Part shown: positions 31,485-41,820 of the stretch, piece by piece
Layout of the letters: every line of letters begins with the position of its first letter
How positions within the stretch are numbered: the stretch's first letter is position 1
Source: Candidatus Poribacteria bacterium
GTDB lineage: Bacteria > Poribacteria > WGA-4E > WGA-3G
Direction: 5' to 3'
DNA length: 64,000 nucleotides
Assembly (NCBI GenBank): GCA_963663765.2
Contig: CAXXUA010000005.1
Location: 1,568,001 to 1,632,000 of the forward strand
Notes under the pieces: generated by a model
What the model was told of the DNA's origin: nothing
Seen by the model: only the letters and a program-made list of their open reading frames with translations
Databases searched by the model: none
Made by a program: the position numbers and the translations under genes

Positions 31485-32510
31485 CTAACCTGTTCTTGGC
31501 TTTCCTTTAAAAATCGCATATAAGTACCAAAACGCTGGTGTAATAAATATGCCGCCAACACCGATTATGACTAAAACTGGTCGTAACACAGATGTAGGAG
31601 CAGCTGCGTTAGAAAAGGTAAGATTAGGAGTGACAATATAGGGATACTGGGCAAATCCCCAACCTAATATTATCAAAACTACTTGTAATGGAACAAGGAT
31701 ACGTGCCAGTCGGTAATGTCGCATCCAAATCGTGCATATTGCACTGATTGCTACGACACCAGTCAAGATATGAAACGGTATTGACCAAACGCTATTCCCC
31801 AAACCACTTCGTATGTGAGGTGCACCATTTGCGGACAATAGAAAGCTTATACCTGCCATTACACCCACACCTACAGCAGCAACAAGTGCACGTATTCGAA
31901 AATCTTCTTGTAATTCAGAATTGTCAGTTTCCTGTGTTAGATAAACAGCAGCGAGTAGCGCACAGAGTGTCAGCGTGAAAAAACCGATAGTAAATGGAAA
32001 TGGTGCAAACCAAGACGAGAAAAAGTCAGTTTCTACAAATCCTGTATCCAGATCAAAATGAATTGTGTCTGATGCAACTGCTCCTAAAGTAACCCCTAAC
32101 ATAATGGGTGTTATGATGCTTCCAATAGCAAAAACAAGACTCCATCGTTGATGGGTAGTGTCAGATTGGTCATCGTAAGTGCGAAATACAAATGAGGTGC
32201 CGCGAAGGACAATCCCAATCAGCATAAAGGTCAACGGGATATGTAATGCGGTTCCTATGGCAGCGAATGCAACTGGAAACGCGACAAAAAGTAATACAAT
32301 TATAACAATCAACCAAACATGGTTTGCTTCCCAAATTGGTCCGATTGCGTGTGATATTAGGTCGCGTTGTTCTCTTGCGCGTGGTCCCGTAGCGAACAAA
32401 TCCCAGATGCCGCCTCCAAAGTCGGCTCCCCCAGTCAACATATATATTATCAAAGATGCTAACATGACACCAGCTATCCAAATTTCAGGTCCTATCATAG
32501 ATTTTACCAC
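31485..32510 (-). CDS. cydB: Cytochrome bd ubiquinol oxidase subunit II
   Basis: GGADFGGG, IGPIWEANHVWLI. Confidence 0.92.
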   Translation of the reverse strand: MVKSMIGPEIWIAGVMLASLIIYMLTGGADFGGGIWDLFATGPRAREQRDLISHAIGPIWEANHVWLIVIIVLLFVAFPVAFAAIGTALHIPLTFMLIGIVLRGTSFVFRTYDDQSDTTHQRWSLVFAIGSIITPIMLGVTLGAVASDTIHFDLDTGFVETDFFSSWFAPFPFTIGFFTLTLCALLAAVYLTQETDNSELQEDFRIRALVAAVGVGVMAGISFLLSANGAPHIRSGLGNSVWSIPFHILTGVVAISAICTIWMRHYRLARILVPLQVVLIILGWGFAQYPYIVTPNLTFSNAAAPTSVLRPVLVIIGVGGIFITPAFWYLYAIFKGKPRTG

Positions 32511-32870
32511 TAATGTGAATGTTTAGAGAGCATAATGAAGATTAGTTAATATTAATTCGGTAAAAAATACTTCTCCAACGGTAAGCGTGCTTTGTAAGCG
32601 CGCTGTTTAGATTTGATGTCCCAGCGCGCTTACAAAGCACGCCTACTATTAGCGCTTTGGAAAATGTGAATATACATCGCCTATCATAGATTTTACCACT
32701 AATGTGAATGTTCAGAGAGCATAATGAAAATTAGTTAATATTAATTCGGTAAAAAAATACTTCTCCAACGGTAGGCGTGCTTTGTAAGCGCGCTGTTTAG
32801 ATTTGATGTGCCAGCGCGCTTACAAAGCACACCTACCATTAGAGCTTTAAAAAATGTAAATATACATCGC
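32491..32870. repeat. About 190-bp tandem duplication containing the cydB start and a REP pair
   Basis: CCTATCATAGATTTTACCACTAATGTGAATG at 32491 and 32680; copies slightly diverged. Confidence 0.85.
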
Positions 32871-32964
32871 CAAATCAAGAAATCAACGGTATGAATCATG
32901 GCTAATGCCATGCACGCATTCACCCAATGGCATTCCACAGCTACAAAGCTTGACAGCCATTAGT

Positions 32965-34251
32965 TCACTGGAAGATTTGACGCCGCATCAAGATTACAAC
33001 AATAATTGAAAGGAAGATATATAGCAAGGTAAAACCAATAAACGGAATAACAAGATGGGGCATGGGTGTCACTGCCTCTGATGTACGCATAATGTTGTAT
33101 ATAACCCACGGCTGCCGTCCAACTTCTGTTACCGTCCATCCTGCTTCAATTGCGATAAATCCCAGCGGTGAGCAACATGTGATAAACTTGAGAAACCACC
33201 GATTTGTCGGTATGTTTTTTTGTTTCCATGCCAACCAACCACCTATGATCCCAGCAACAATCATGACTATTCCACACGCAACCATAATCTGAAAAGCGAT
33301 ATGAACTATTGTTACTGGGGGTCGATTCTCTGGTTGTACATCTTTAAGTCCCATAATTTCAGCGTTAAAGTCACTGTGTGCAAGAAAACTGAGTGCTTTC
33401 GGTATTTCTAAAGCGTATCGTGTTACTTCTGCATCTTCATCTGGTATTCCACCAATTCGTAATGGTGCGCCGCGTTCAGTTTCCCATTGTCCTTCCATTG
33501 CAGCGAGTTTGATGGGTTGATGTTCTGCGAGTCGTTTTGCACTGATGTCCCCAGAAATTGGTTGCAATAATGCAAAAACACCTCCCACACTCAATGCAAT
33601 TGCAAATGCTTTACGATGTAAAGCATTGTTTGGGTCACGTCTCAGACAGTATGCATGTATCCCCGCAGCACCAAAGCCTACTGCGATGAAAGCAGCAAGA
33701 GTCATGTGTAGAGTTTGACTAAATGAAGATGGGTTTAGCATTGCAGCGATAGGATCAATGTCTATTGGTTTGCCATCAACGATTGAAAAACCTGTGGGTG
33801 TGTTCATCCATGCATTTGCAGTAACTACAAAGATACCTGACATCATCCCACCAAGGAGGACCATTCCGCCAGAGAGCAAGTGAACTTTCTTTGGGACCCG
33901 TTCCCATCCATAAAGGTATATGCCAAGAAAAATTGCTTCTATGAAAAATGCTAATCCTTCTAACGAAAACGGCATTCCGATGATGGGTCCTGCGTAAGCC
34001 ATGAAACCAGGCCACAGCAACCCAAGTTCAAAAGATAAAACTGTACCCGAGACAGCACCGACAGCAAACATGATTGCTGTTCCTTTTGACCAACGTTTTG
34101 CGAGTGTAAGATATGTATCATCTTTTGTTTTTAACCACAGTCCTTCTGCAATGACCATCAATAGTGGCATTGCAATGCCAACGGATGCAAAGATAATATG
34201 AAAGGCGAGTGACATTGCCATCTGAGAGCGAGCTGCTAACAGATCTTCCAT
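32965..34251 (-). CDS. cydA: Cytochrome bd ubiquinol oxidase subunit I
   Basis: FHIIF, QPIKLAAMEG, EAGWTVTEVGRQPW. Confidence 0.95.
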   Translation of the reverse strand: MEDLLAARSQMAMSLAFHIIFASVGIAMPLLMVIAEGLWLKTKDDTYLTLAKRWSKGTAIMFAVGAVSGTVLSFELGLLWPGFMAYAGPIIGMPFSLEGLAFFIEAIFLGIYLYGWERVPKKVHLLSGGMVLLGGMMSGIFVVTANAWMNTPTGFSIVDGKPIDIDPIAAMLNPSSFSQTLHMTLAAFIAVGFGAAGIHAYCLRRDPNNALHRKAFAIALSVGGVFALLQPISGDISAKRLAEHQPIKLAAMEGQWETERGAPLRIGGIPDEDAEVTRYALEIPKALSFLAHSDFNAEIMGLKDVQPENRPPVTIVHIAFQIMVACGIVMIVAGIIGGWLAWKQKNIPTNRWFLKFITCCSPLGFIAIEAGWTVTEVGRQPWVIYNIMRTSEAVTPMPHLVIPFIGFTLLYIFLSIIVVILMRRQIFQ

Positions 34252-34304
34252 GTGTTTATACCTGATACAATGTTAATAATAATTTTACATCTTCTTAATA
34301 TGTC

Positions 34305-34332
34305 AAAAAAATAGGCGGGTAGTGAACCCGCC
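34305..34332 (-). terminator. Putative intrinsic terminator downstream of the PhyH gene
   Basis: Minus-strand hairpin GGCGGGT-TCACT-ACCCGCC followed by TATTTTTTT. Confidence 0.6.
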
Positions 34333-34350
34333 AATGTGATGTTTTAAGAA

Positions 34351-35178
34351 TTAGGCTGCCCACGGCTCAAGCCCCAACAGTTTCTTACCTAAAGGGGTCA
34401 ACTCAGCGGTTTTCCCTTGGTGATGCTCTTTTTCTTTCTGTTTTTTACCAAGACCGGTAAGTCGTTCGCGCCAACCTGTAACTCTATGTTCATTGGTATC
34501 TTTACCGTTATTTGGTGCTGGATTCATAGTAATATATTGAGCCAACCTTGGAAATTCAGCAGAATTAGGACTACTACCGTGCGGTAATGCGCTATGCCAG
34601 ATGATCAAATCTCCTGCCTTCCCAGGAATTGGTACACGTTCAGACTGATGTTCTTCCCGTATCACCCGTTGTGGATCCTTATCAGATGGAAGATCCTTCA
34701 ACCAATTCTCCAATTTCTTATGAAAACCCGGTATACATGTAAAAGCCCCTTGATTACCGGGAGTATCCGCAAGATATAGAACACCCTGCACTTTCAACCG
34801 TACAGGCATATCTAACGACATATCCCAATGTAAATGAGGTCCAGGGAACTTCCAATCATCCCGTTCTGGTGGATTCATGCTCGCGCGATCAAAACTGACC
34901 CATAGTTTCTCGGTCCCCCAGATTTCAGAAAAGGCTTGATGTAAGCGCGGATACTGTCTGTTATCCCATAAGGCTTGGTGTTGATAAATCTCCACCATAA
35001 TACCACGTCGCGGCGGATCTGCTGGATACCAACTTTCTGGATTCTCACTGTCCATTTCAAGAAAGTCCCATACAGCTTTTTCAGCGGCACGGCAGTTTTC
35101 CATTGGAACTGCTTCAGGGACAATCACATAACCGTGTTCATCCCAAAATTCTAAGTCTTCTTTAGTAAATACAGGCAT
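34351..35178 (-). CDS. Phytanoyl-CoA dioxygenase family (Fe/2OG)
   Basis: HWD..GDLIIWHSALPHGS..R. Confidence 0.88.
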   Translation of the reverse strand: MPVFTKEDLEFWDEHGYVIVPEAVPMENCRAAEKAVWDFLEMDSENPESWYPADPPRRGIMVEIYQHQALWDNRQYPRLHQAFSEIWGTEKLWVSFDRASMNPPERDDWKFPGPHLHWDMSLDMPVRLKVQGVLYLADTPGNQGAFTCIPGFHKKLENWLKDLPSDKDPQRVIREEHQSERVPIPGKAGDLIIWHSALPHGSSPNSAEFPRLAQYITMNPAPNNGKDTNEHRVTGWRERLTGLGKKQKEKEHHQGKTAELTPLGKKLLGLEPWAA

Positions 35179-35195
35179 AATGAACTCCTAATTAA

Positions 35196-36356
35196 ACGAC
35201 TTGTGCCAGTTACTTATATATGTGCAATATTCAATTTTACTTAATTTATTAAGATTTGAAGATTTCTCTTTACTTTAATCCATCCTTATGCTTTTCTTTA
35301 TTACATATCCTATAAAAAAGGAAGCAAAAGGATGGATTTACATAATACATTAGAAGAGCATGTAATGCAACTAAAAAATAAACCCCGCACTCTACGAAAT
35401 GAAGCCTTAGTCGTAAAAGAGATTACTGCGACACTTTACGAGAACTACTTTCCGGGTGCTGAAAAACTTAGACCAGGACCAAAAAGCCGTTGCCCAGATA
35501 GTGATATTATTTGCATCGCTTGGTTATTAGAAATCATTGGAAAAGACAGTGAACTCGCTGGATACAAAATGATCAAAGCAGAACTCAGTGATCTATTCCA
35601 ACATTTACCCGAACGCTCTCGCTTCAATAGGAGATGGAGAAACTTGTGCTATATAAGCGATAAACTCAGGCAAGTATTGACACAGTTTTTACCAGATGAT
35701 GATGTGTATATTGTAGATAGTTTACCAGTGCCTGTATGTGATTTCAAGCGAGCATATGCTTCTACTTCTCCTCTCAAATGTGCAAATGGAACAGGCACTT
35801 TAGCTGCTTATGCAAAGTGTGCGACAAAAGCACTGGGCACTTTCTTAGGATTTCGGTGTAGTGTTCTAACGACTTCTTATGGATTACCTGTTGATTTTGC
35901 GATCACGCCAGCAGACATGGATGACAGAGAAGTTCTTCCGTTGTTTTGTGAGCGTGGCACTTATCCTACTATCATTGGAGACAAAGGATATATTAGTGAG
36001 GAACTTGAAGCACAATTACTAAAAACCTACAATGTCTGTCTATTACCGACGCGGCGCAAGAATCAAAAAGCACAATATCCACCAAAGTTTCGCAAACTGC
36101 ATCAGAAAATAAGAAGAAGGATTGAAACAACGATTAGTCAACTGACCCAACAGTTCAATGTTTCACGGATACGTGCGCGTTCCCATTGGGGAATGCTGAC
36201 ACGATTCAGCAATAAGTTTGCGGGTTTTACACTCGGTGTCTTCTTAAACAAATGTTTAGGACGCAAGTTGATGGCATTAAAAGATGTTGTCCACGCATAA
36301 ACTCACATAATAGTATTTAACATATTACATACATATAATCATTTAGCACAAGTCGT
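35196..36356 (+). mobile_element. IS982-family insertion sequence, 1161 bp
   Basis: TIR ACGACTTGTGC(C/T)A; 7-bp TSD TAATTAA (35189-35195, 36357-36363). Confidence 0.88.
35332..36300 (+). CDS. IS982-family DDE transposase
   Basis: ERSRFNRR, IVDSLPVPVC, GDKGYIS, RRRIETTISQL. Confidence 0.9.
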   Translation: MDLHNTLEEHVMQLKNKPRTLRNEALVVKEITATLYENYFPGAEKLRPGPKSRCPDSDIICIAWLLEIIGKDSELAGYKMIKAELSDLFQHLPERSRFNRRWRNLCYISDKLRQVLTQFLPDDDVYIVDSLPVPVCDFKRAYASTSPLKCANGTGTLAAYAKCATKALGTFLGFRCSVLTTSYGLPVDFAITPADMDDREVLPLFCERGTYPTIIGDKGYISEELEAQLLKTYNVCLLPTRRKNQKAQYPPKFRKLHQKIRRRIETTISQLTQQFNVSRIRARSHWGMLTRFSNKFAGFTLGVFLNKCLGRKLMALKDVVHA

Positions 36357-36359
36357 TAA

Positions 36360-37040
36360 TTAAGTAAAATGTTTGCGTGCGTAATCAAGTCGTTCAGGAA
36401 CACCGATGTCAATCCATTCTGTTTTGACTTTGTGGACATAAAGATTCGTTAGGTTGGGGAAGACATCGCGTTCAATAGAAAAAACTTCCTTATTAGGAAA
36501 TGCGTCAATTATTGAGCGATTAAAAAGAAAAACAGCACCATTTGCACAACCTGCTCGTGTTGTCTGTTGTTTTTCTCTGAATTCAATGATGCGTCCTTGT
36601 GTGTCAGCGACTATTTCCCCATAGGATGTTAGATCCTTTACCGAAATCCCGAGTAACACCCCATCCATTTCTGGTTGTAAACTGGAAAACATTTCATCTA
36701 ATGACATATCCTTTAGCAATATGTCACCGTGTAAGACATAAACAGGAAAATCGTGAACAAGTTGAAAAGCGTTCTTTATTGCACCACCGGTACCGAGGGG
36801 TTTATCCTCCTTTGCATATAGGATTTTTATACCTGCAAAAGTCTCACCAACATGAGTATACAACACGTTATGTAAATGTCCTGACGCGAGAATGACTTCA
36901 TTAACCCCCGCAGTAGAAAGCAGTCTTAGCTGCCATTCTAACACAGTGTAATCACCGATTTTCAATAGAACTTTCGGCAGTTTTTCTGTCGTCTGACCAA
37001 GTCTGGTTGAAAGTCCTCCACAGAGAATAATCGCTTGCAT
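36360..37040 (-). CDS. Sugar-phosphate nucleotidyltransferase (NTP_transferase)
   Basis: AIILCGGLSTRL..LPK, PLGTGGA, WIDIG. Confidence 0.88.
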   Translation of the reverse strand: MQAIILCGGLSTRLGQTTEKLPKVLLKIGDYTVLEWQLRLLSTAGVNEVILASGHLHNVLYTHVGETFAGIKILYAKEDKPLGTGGAIKNAFQLVHDFPVYVLHGDILLKDMSLDEMFSSLQPEMDGVLLGISVKDLTSYGEIVADTQGRIIEFREKQQTTRAGCANGAVFLFNRSIIDAFPNKEVFSIERDVFPNLTNLYVHKVKTEWIDIGVPERLDYARKHFT

Positions 37041-37052
37041 GGCGTATTTGCC

Positions 37053-37442
37053 TTATAGGGTATCTGTATCGGGTATAAAATCAAAAGCATTCTCTATCTG
37101 CTCAAATTGTAGTACTTCAAGTTTGGGTGACAAATGGATTGCAATCACATCAAAACGGCAGGGAGCATCTAACAGGTTTTCAGCTTGTAAATATGCTAAT
37201 GCGATTTTTGAAATCTGTTTCTGCTTTTGTTGGGTAACTGCGTTTTGGGGTAATCCAAATTTTAAACTACGACGAGTCTTTACTTCAACAAATACGATTC
37301 TTTTTCCTTGCAGGGCAATAAGGTCAATTTCTCCACGTTGGTAACGGTAATTTTGTGCAAGTATTTGATATCCATGTGTTCTTAGGTGTGTCGCTGCGAT
37401 ATTTTCTCCAATTTTTGCAATGTTTGTTGATGAACGTTGCAT
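37053..37442 (-). CDS. yraN: YraN-family (UPF0102) nuclease
   Basis: GENIA, GEIDLIA, FVEVKTR, CRFDVIAI. Confidence 0.92.
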   Translation of the reverse strand: MQRSSTNIAKIGENIAATHLRTHGYQILAQNYRYQRGEIDLIALQGKRIVFVEVKTRRSLKFGLPQNAVTQQKQKQISKIALAYLQAENLLDAPCRFDVIAIHLSPKLEVLQFEQIENAFDFIPDTDTL

Positions 37443-37477
37443 GGATATTCCTCAAATCCGTACACCATTGAATAAGA

Positions 37478-38068
37478 TTAATCTGCAAGTAATTTGAAGG
37501 TGTTCCTGTGGATGTCTGATATACCGAACATCGCAATTGCATGCCGATGTTGTTTTGTTGGATACCCTTTGTGCTGCTTAAACCCGTAATTTGGATATAT
37601 CTCATCAAACGCAATCATGAGTCGATCACGCGATGTCTTTGCAATCACTGATGCAGCAGCAATAGACAGACTCAGGTTATCCCCTTTTGGGATTGCCTGG
37701 CCTGGTATATGAACGTTTGGCATCTTTGAACCATCTACAAGCAGAAAATCAGGTTTTGGAACAAGTTGTTCAATTGCCTGTAGCATTGCCAATAACGTTG
37801 CTTGCAGGATATTCACACGTTCTATTTGGTGGTTGTCTACTGTTCCAACACCAACAGAAATAGCAACTTGATATATTTCATCAGACAACAAGTCACGTTG
37901 TTTTGGTGTAAGTTTCTTTGAATCTTTTAATCCATCAATTTTACAATTAATAGGTAATACAACGGCAGCAGCGACGACTGGACCGGCTAATGAGCCCCTT
38001 CCAGCTTCATCAATTCCAGCAATTTGAGTGTATCCCTTTTCAATGCATGTGCGCTCATAAGCGTACAT
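37478..38068 (-). CDS. rnhB: Ribonuclease HII
   Basis: GIDEAGRG, DSKKL, IAAASVIAK, HKGYPT. Confidence 0.95.
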   Translation of the reverse strand: MYAYERTCIEKGYTQIAGIDEAGRGSLAGPVVAAAVVLPINCKIDGLKDSKKLTPKQRDLLSDEIYQVAISVGVGTVDNHQIERVNILQATLLAMLQAIEQLVPKPDFLLVDGSKMPNVHIPGQAIPKGDNLSLSIAAASVIAKTSRDRLMIAFDEIYPNYGFKQHKGYPTKQHRHAIAMFGISDIHRNTFKLLAD

Positions 38069-38072
38069 CTTG

Positions 38073-38417
38073 TTATCTTCGACGTTCTTTGACACGTGCA
38101 GATTTTCCTATACGGTCTCTCAAATAATATAATTTTGCACGTCTAACAGCACCATATCTTACGACTTTGATGCTTTCAATATTCGGTGAATGTAGTGGGA
38201 AAGTCCGTTCACTACCGGTACCGAATGCAACACGTCTGACAGTAAAAGAAGCACGTGTGCCACCATGTGCTCGTCGAATTACGGTGCCTTCATAAGCCTG
38301 TATTCGTTCCTTTTGTCCTTCACGGATACGCGTGTTCACTCTAACAATATCTCCAGGACCAAACTCTGGAATATCTTCCTTCTTATATTGACTTTCTACA
38401 GATTCAATTAAGTTCAT
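38073..38417 (-). CDS. rplS: 50S ribosomal protein L19
   Basis: [19 protein letters not shown]; start set to ATG 38417. Confidence 0.97.
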   Translation of the reverse strand: MNLIESVESQYKKEDIPEFGPGDIVRVNTRIREGQKERIQAYEGTVIRRAHGGTRASFTVRRVAFGTGSERTFPLHSPNIESIKVVRYGAVRRAKLYYLRDRIGKSARVKERRR

Positions 38418-38501
38418 TGTTTTTCCTCCTTTCCAAAATATCTTATTGCTATTATGTACGATTTCCAACGATGCAAAATGAGAATATAATTACTATTAGA
38501 A

Positions 38502-39224
38502 TTATTCTTCGTCTACTTTGAGGATTGCAAGTTCCTCGTCTGTCAGTTCAAGCTTTTGTAGTAGATCGGGACGGTGACGAGCAGTCCTTTTTAGTGCTTG
38601 TATGTTCCGCCATTTTTTTATATTTTCGTGATGTCCACTCAATAGGACATCAGGAACTTTCATACCTTCAAATTCTGCAGGACGTGTGTAGTGTGGGTGG
38701 TCAAGTAATTCTTGACTGAAAGAGTCCTCATGTGCAGATTCAAAATCACCTAATGCCCCCGGTAACACCCGTCCGATTGCATCAATAAGTACCAATGCTG
38801 CGATTTCTCCACCGCTTAACACGTAGTCACCTATAGAGATTTCGGTTGTGATGATTTTCGTTCGGACTCGCTCATCAATACCTTTATATCGTCCACAAAT
38901 AAGGATCAAATGTTCCTCTAATGACAATGCCTCTACGAGTCGTTGCGTCAACGGTGTTCCCTGTGGAGTCAAATACACGATTTGTGCATTTGACTCTGTG
39001 TTTAAATCAGTAACAGCTGCAAAGATCGGTTCTGGTTTCAGTATCATCCCAGCCCCACCACCATAAGGATAATCGTCAACAGACTGATGTTTATCTGTTG
39101 TCCAATTTCGCAGGTTGTAAAGGTTGATTGAGAGTCCGCCTGCATCTTGGATTCGTTTTAGGATTCCTGTATGTAGGGAGGGTGTGATTATCTCAGGAAA
39201 CAGCGCGAGCACATCCATTTTCAT
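38502..39224 (-). CDS. trmD: tRNA (guanine37-N1)-methyltransferase
   Basis: VDDYPYGGGAGM, SIGDYVLSGGE, HYTRP. Confidence 0.97.
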   Translation of the reverse strand: MKMDVLALFPEIITPSLHTGILKRIQDAGGLSINLYNLRNWTTDKHQSVDDYPYGGGAGMILKPEPIFAAVTDLNTESNAQIVYLTPQGTPLTQRLVEALSLEEHLILICGRYKGIDERVRTKIITTEISIGDYVLSGGEIAALVLIDAIGRVLPGALGDFESAHEDSFSQELLDHPHYTRPAEFEGMKVPDVLLSGHHENIKKWRNIQALKRTARHRPDLLQKLELTDEELAILKVDEE

Positions 39225-39248
39225 TTTGATATTTGTTGGTGATCGCTA

Positions 39249-39506
39249 TTATTGTTCTTCTTCTGTTCTCGGCTCCTCAATTAATTCAAGAATGACCTTT
39301 TTATTTACTTTCAATCCTGCTGTATAGAGCAGTGTTCGAATAGCTTTTAGAGTTCGTCCGTATCGTCCGATAATTTTTCCCAAATCTGCTTCACTGACAC
39401 ACAGTTCAATGATAACCACTTTTTCGCCAGTCACTTCACGTACGAGTACATCATCTGGATAATCAACAAGTGCTTTTACGATGTATTCTATAAGTTCTTT
39501 GAACAT
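39249..39506 (-). CDS. khpA: KH-domain RNA-binding protein
   Basis: KELIEYIVKALVD, DLGKIIGRYGRT; follows rpsP; start set to ATG 39506. Confidence 0.9.
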   Translation of the reverse strand: MFKELIEYIVKALVDYPDDVLVREVTGEKVVIIELCVSEADLGKIIGRYGRTLKAIRTLLYTAGLKVNKKVILELIEEPRTEEEQ

Positions 39507-39668
39507 AACTAACTTTTTATGGTTATTAAGCGCGAAAACGTACATGACAGCCAATCTCATAAATGTGATTTTGTCCAAATTCACAGCATCGTGTGTCTGA
39601 CATCGCGGGGTTAGAAACCCCTCCTACCATTTATGAGATAGGTTGTAGAAATGACATAAAAATATAAC

Positions 39669-40190
39669 CTATTCTTCTTCGGAAGGTTCTGATGTTTCTT
39701 CGGAAGGTTCTGATGTTTCTTCGGAAGGTTCTGATGTTTCTTCGGAAGGTTCTGATGTTTCTTCGGAAGGTTCTGATGTTTCTTCGGAAGGTTCTGATGT
39801 TTCTTCGGAAGGTTCTGATGTTTCTTCAGAAGTAGCTGCTTCCTGTTCCTCAACAAGTTGAGGAGTTTCAGCATCGTCGCGGGTTTCTACTGTTTCAGTT
39901 TCATCGTTTTCAGGGAACGGTTTACCGAGTTTTTCGTAAGTAAATTTTTTCCAGATACCTTTTTGTGAAAGCAATCTTTTTGCTGTATCGGTGGGTTGTG
40001 CCCCCCGTCTCAACCATTTCAAAGCTTTCTCTTCATCAATAACGACATCTGCTGGCTCATCAATCGGATTGTAATGTCCGAGTCGTTCCAAAAACACACC
40101 GTCCCGTTGGGCTCGTGCATCAGCTGCTACGAGCCGATAAAACGGGCGTTTTTTTCTGCCGTGTCGTTGCAATCTAATTCTAACTGCCAA
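39669..40190 (-). CDS. rpsP: 30S ribosomal protein S16 with acidic repeat tail
   Basis: [29 protein letters not shown]. Confidence 0.97.
   Translation of the reverse strand: MAVRIRLQRHGRKKRPFYRLVAADARAQRDGVFLERLGHYNPIDEPADVVIDEEKALKWLRRGAQPTDTAKRLLSQKGIWKKFTYEKLGKPFPENDETETVETRDDAETPQLVEEQEAATSEETSEPSEETSEPSEETSEPSEETSEPSEETSEPSEETSEPSEETSEPSEEE
39675..39827. repeat. 7 x 21-bp perfect tandem repeat in rpsP (SEETSEP)
   Basis: TTCTTCGGAAGGTTCTGATGT repeated. Confidence 0.95.
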
Positions 40191-40275
40191 AAAATTCCTC
40201 CTGGTAAATGTTATTTAACCATCAATATGAGCCTGTTTCGTTTCTTACATTTTAAGTTAATATGTTGCATCTTTG

Positions 40276-41664
40276 CTATTTTCGTCGTCTACGTTTTCGT
40301 GGTTTTCTTACTTTACGTTGGTTTCCTGGGAGGACTCCCATTTTACCAGCCATTTTCGGCAAACCCATCGCAGTCTGTTGGCTCAACATGTTATTCATCA
40401 TACGTAGTTGATTCACCAACTGATTAACCTGATTTACCGATGTCCCACTGCCTTTAGATATACGAAGTTTTCTACTTCTATCCAGCAATTGTGGATTCTG
40501 TCGTTCTGCTGGTGTCATGGATTGTATCATCGCTTTTGCATATTTTAGATGACTTTCATCAGGTTGTATGTCTTTGATGGGTAATTGACTTTTGAATGGT
40601 ACAAGGTCCAGCAATTGGTCAAGGGGTCCCATATTTTTTATTTGTTCAAGTTGTGTAAGAAAGTCGTTAAAATTTAGACCTTTTTTCTCAGTAAGTTTGC
40701 GTTCTAATTCTTTTGCTTGGTCTTCGTTAAAGACAGCTTCGGCTTTTTCCATGAGAGTTTGGAAATCGCCTTGTCCGATAATACGAGATGCCATCCGTTC
40801 GGGATGGAATTCCTCTAATGTCGTTGCGTCAATTTTCTCACCAACCCCAATGAATTTTATGGGTTTGTCTGTTACAGAACGTATTGAAAGAGCGGCACCA
40901 CCTCGTGCGTCACCATCCATTTTTGTTAGAATCACACCACTAATTTCCAAATCACTGTTGAAGTTTTCGGCAACATTAACAGCGTCTTGTCCTGTCATTG
41001 CATCAACGACGAGTAGTATTTCAGAGGGGTTCACAGCATTCTTGATACCTTTTAACTCGTCCATTAAAGTCACATCAATGTGTAAACGTCCGGCTGTGTC
41101 TATAATAACGCAATCGTATCCGCGTTGTAATGCATCTTTTACGGAGTCTTTAGCGATTTTGACAGGTGAAACATCTGTTCCAAGTGAAAAAACGGGTGCT
41201 TGAATCTGTTCGCCAAGTACTTGAAGTTGTTTGATTGCAGCAGGTCGATAGACGTCAGCAGCGACTAACATAGGATTCCGACCGTCCTTACGGAATTTAA
41301 GTGCTAATTTTGCTGCGACTGTCGTTTTTCCAGCGCCTTGCAATCCAGCTAACATCACAACGGTTGGACCGATAGGAGCAATCTGTATCTTAGCAGATTC
41401 TGTTCCCATCAATGCAGTCAATTCTTCTCTGATAATTTTTGCAATTTGGAGTTCAGGTGTGAGGCTCCCCATCACCTCCTGACCAAGTGCGCGTTCCTTT
41501 ATCTTTTCAATGAAATCGCGCGTTACAGTATAGTTGACATCTGCTTCTAACAGAGCGCGTCGCACCTCACGCAGAGAATCAGAGATGTTTTTCTCTGTCA
41601 GTTTTCCCTGACCTTTTATTTTTTTGAAAGTATTTTGTAATCGGTCACTCAAACTCTCAAACAT
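40276..41664 (-). CDS. ffh: Signal recognition particle protein
   Basis: MFESLSDRL, GLQGAGKTT, DTAGR, TKMDG, M domain. Confidence 0.97.
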   Translation of the reverse strand: MFESLSDRLQNTFKKIKGQGKLTEKNISDSLREVRRALLEADVNYTVTRDFIEKIKERALGQEVMGSLTPELQIAKIIREELTALMGTESAKIQIAPIGPTVVMLAGLQGAGKTTVAAKLALKFRKDGRNPMLVAADVYRPAAIKQLQVLGEQIQAPVFSLGTDVSPVKIAKDSVKDALQRGYDCVIIDTAGRLHIDVTLMDELKGIKNAVNPSEILLVVDAMTGQDAVNVAENFNSDLEISGVILTKMDGDARGGAALSIRSVTDKPIKFIGVGEKIDATTLEEFHPERMASRIIGQGDFQTLMEKAEAVFNEDQAKELERKLTEKKGLNFNDFLTQLEQIKNMGPLDQLLDLVPFKSQLPIKDIQPDESHLKYAKAMIQSMTPAERQNPQLLDRSRKLRISKGSGTSVNQVNQLVNQLRMMNNMLSQQTAMGLPKMAGKMGVLPGNQRKVRKPRKRRRRK

Positions 41665-41820
41665 GACGACATATCCTTTTATCAATGGGATTCAATTAAA
41701 GAATTATAGCAGATATAAGAGGTGGTGTCAAGTTTTTTTAGCATTGCAGAGCATTTGTTTTTCGGTAATTAGCCTATTATAGCACGAAGGTTACGATACC
41801 GATTCAGTATAATCAGCAAA

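Noticed and set aside
39611-39874. (KKHQNLP)n ORF
   Set aside because: Alternative frame of the rpsP 21-bp repeat
40592-41203. 203-aa plus-strand ORF
   Set aside because: Antisense shadow of ffh
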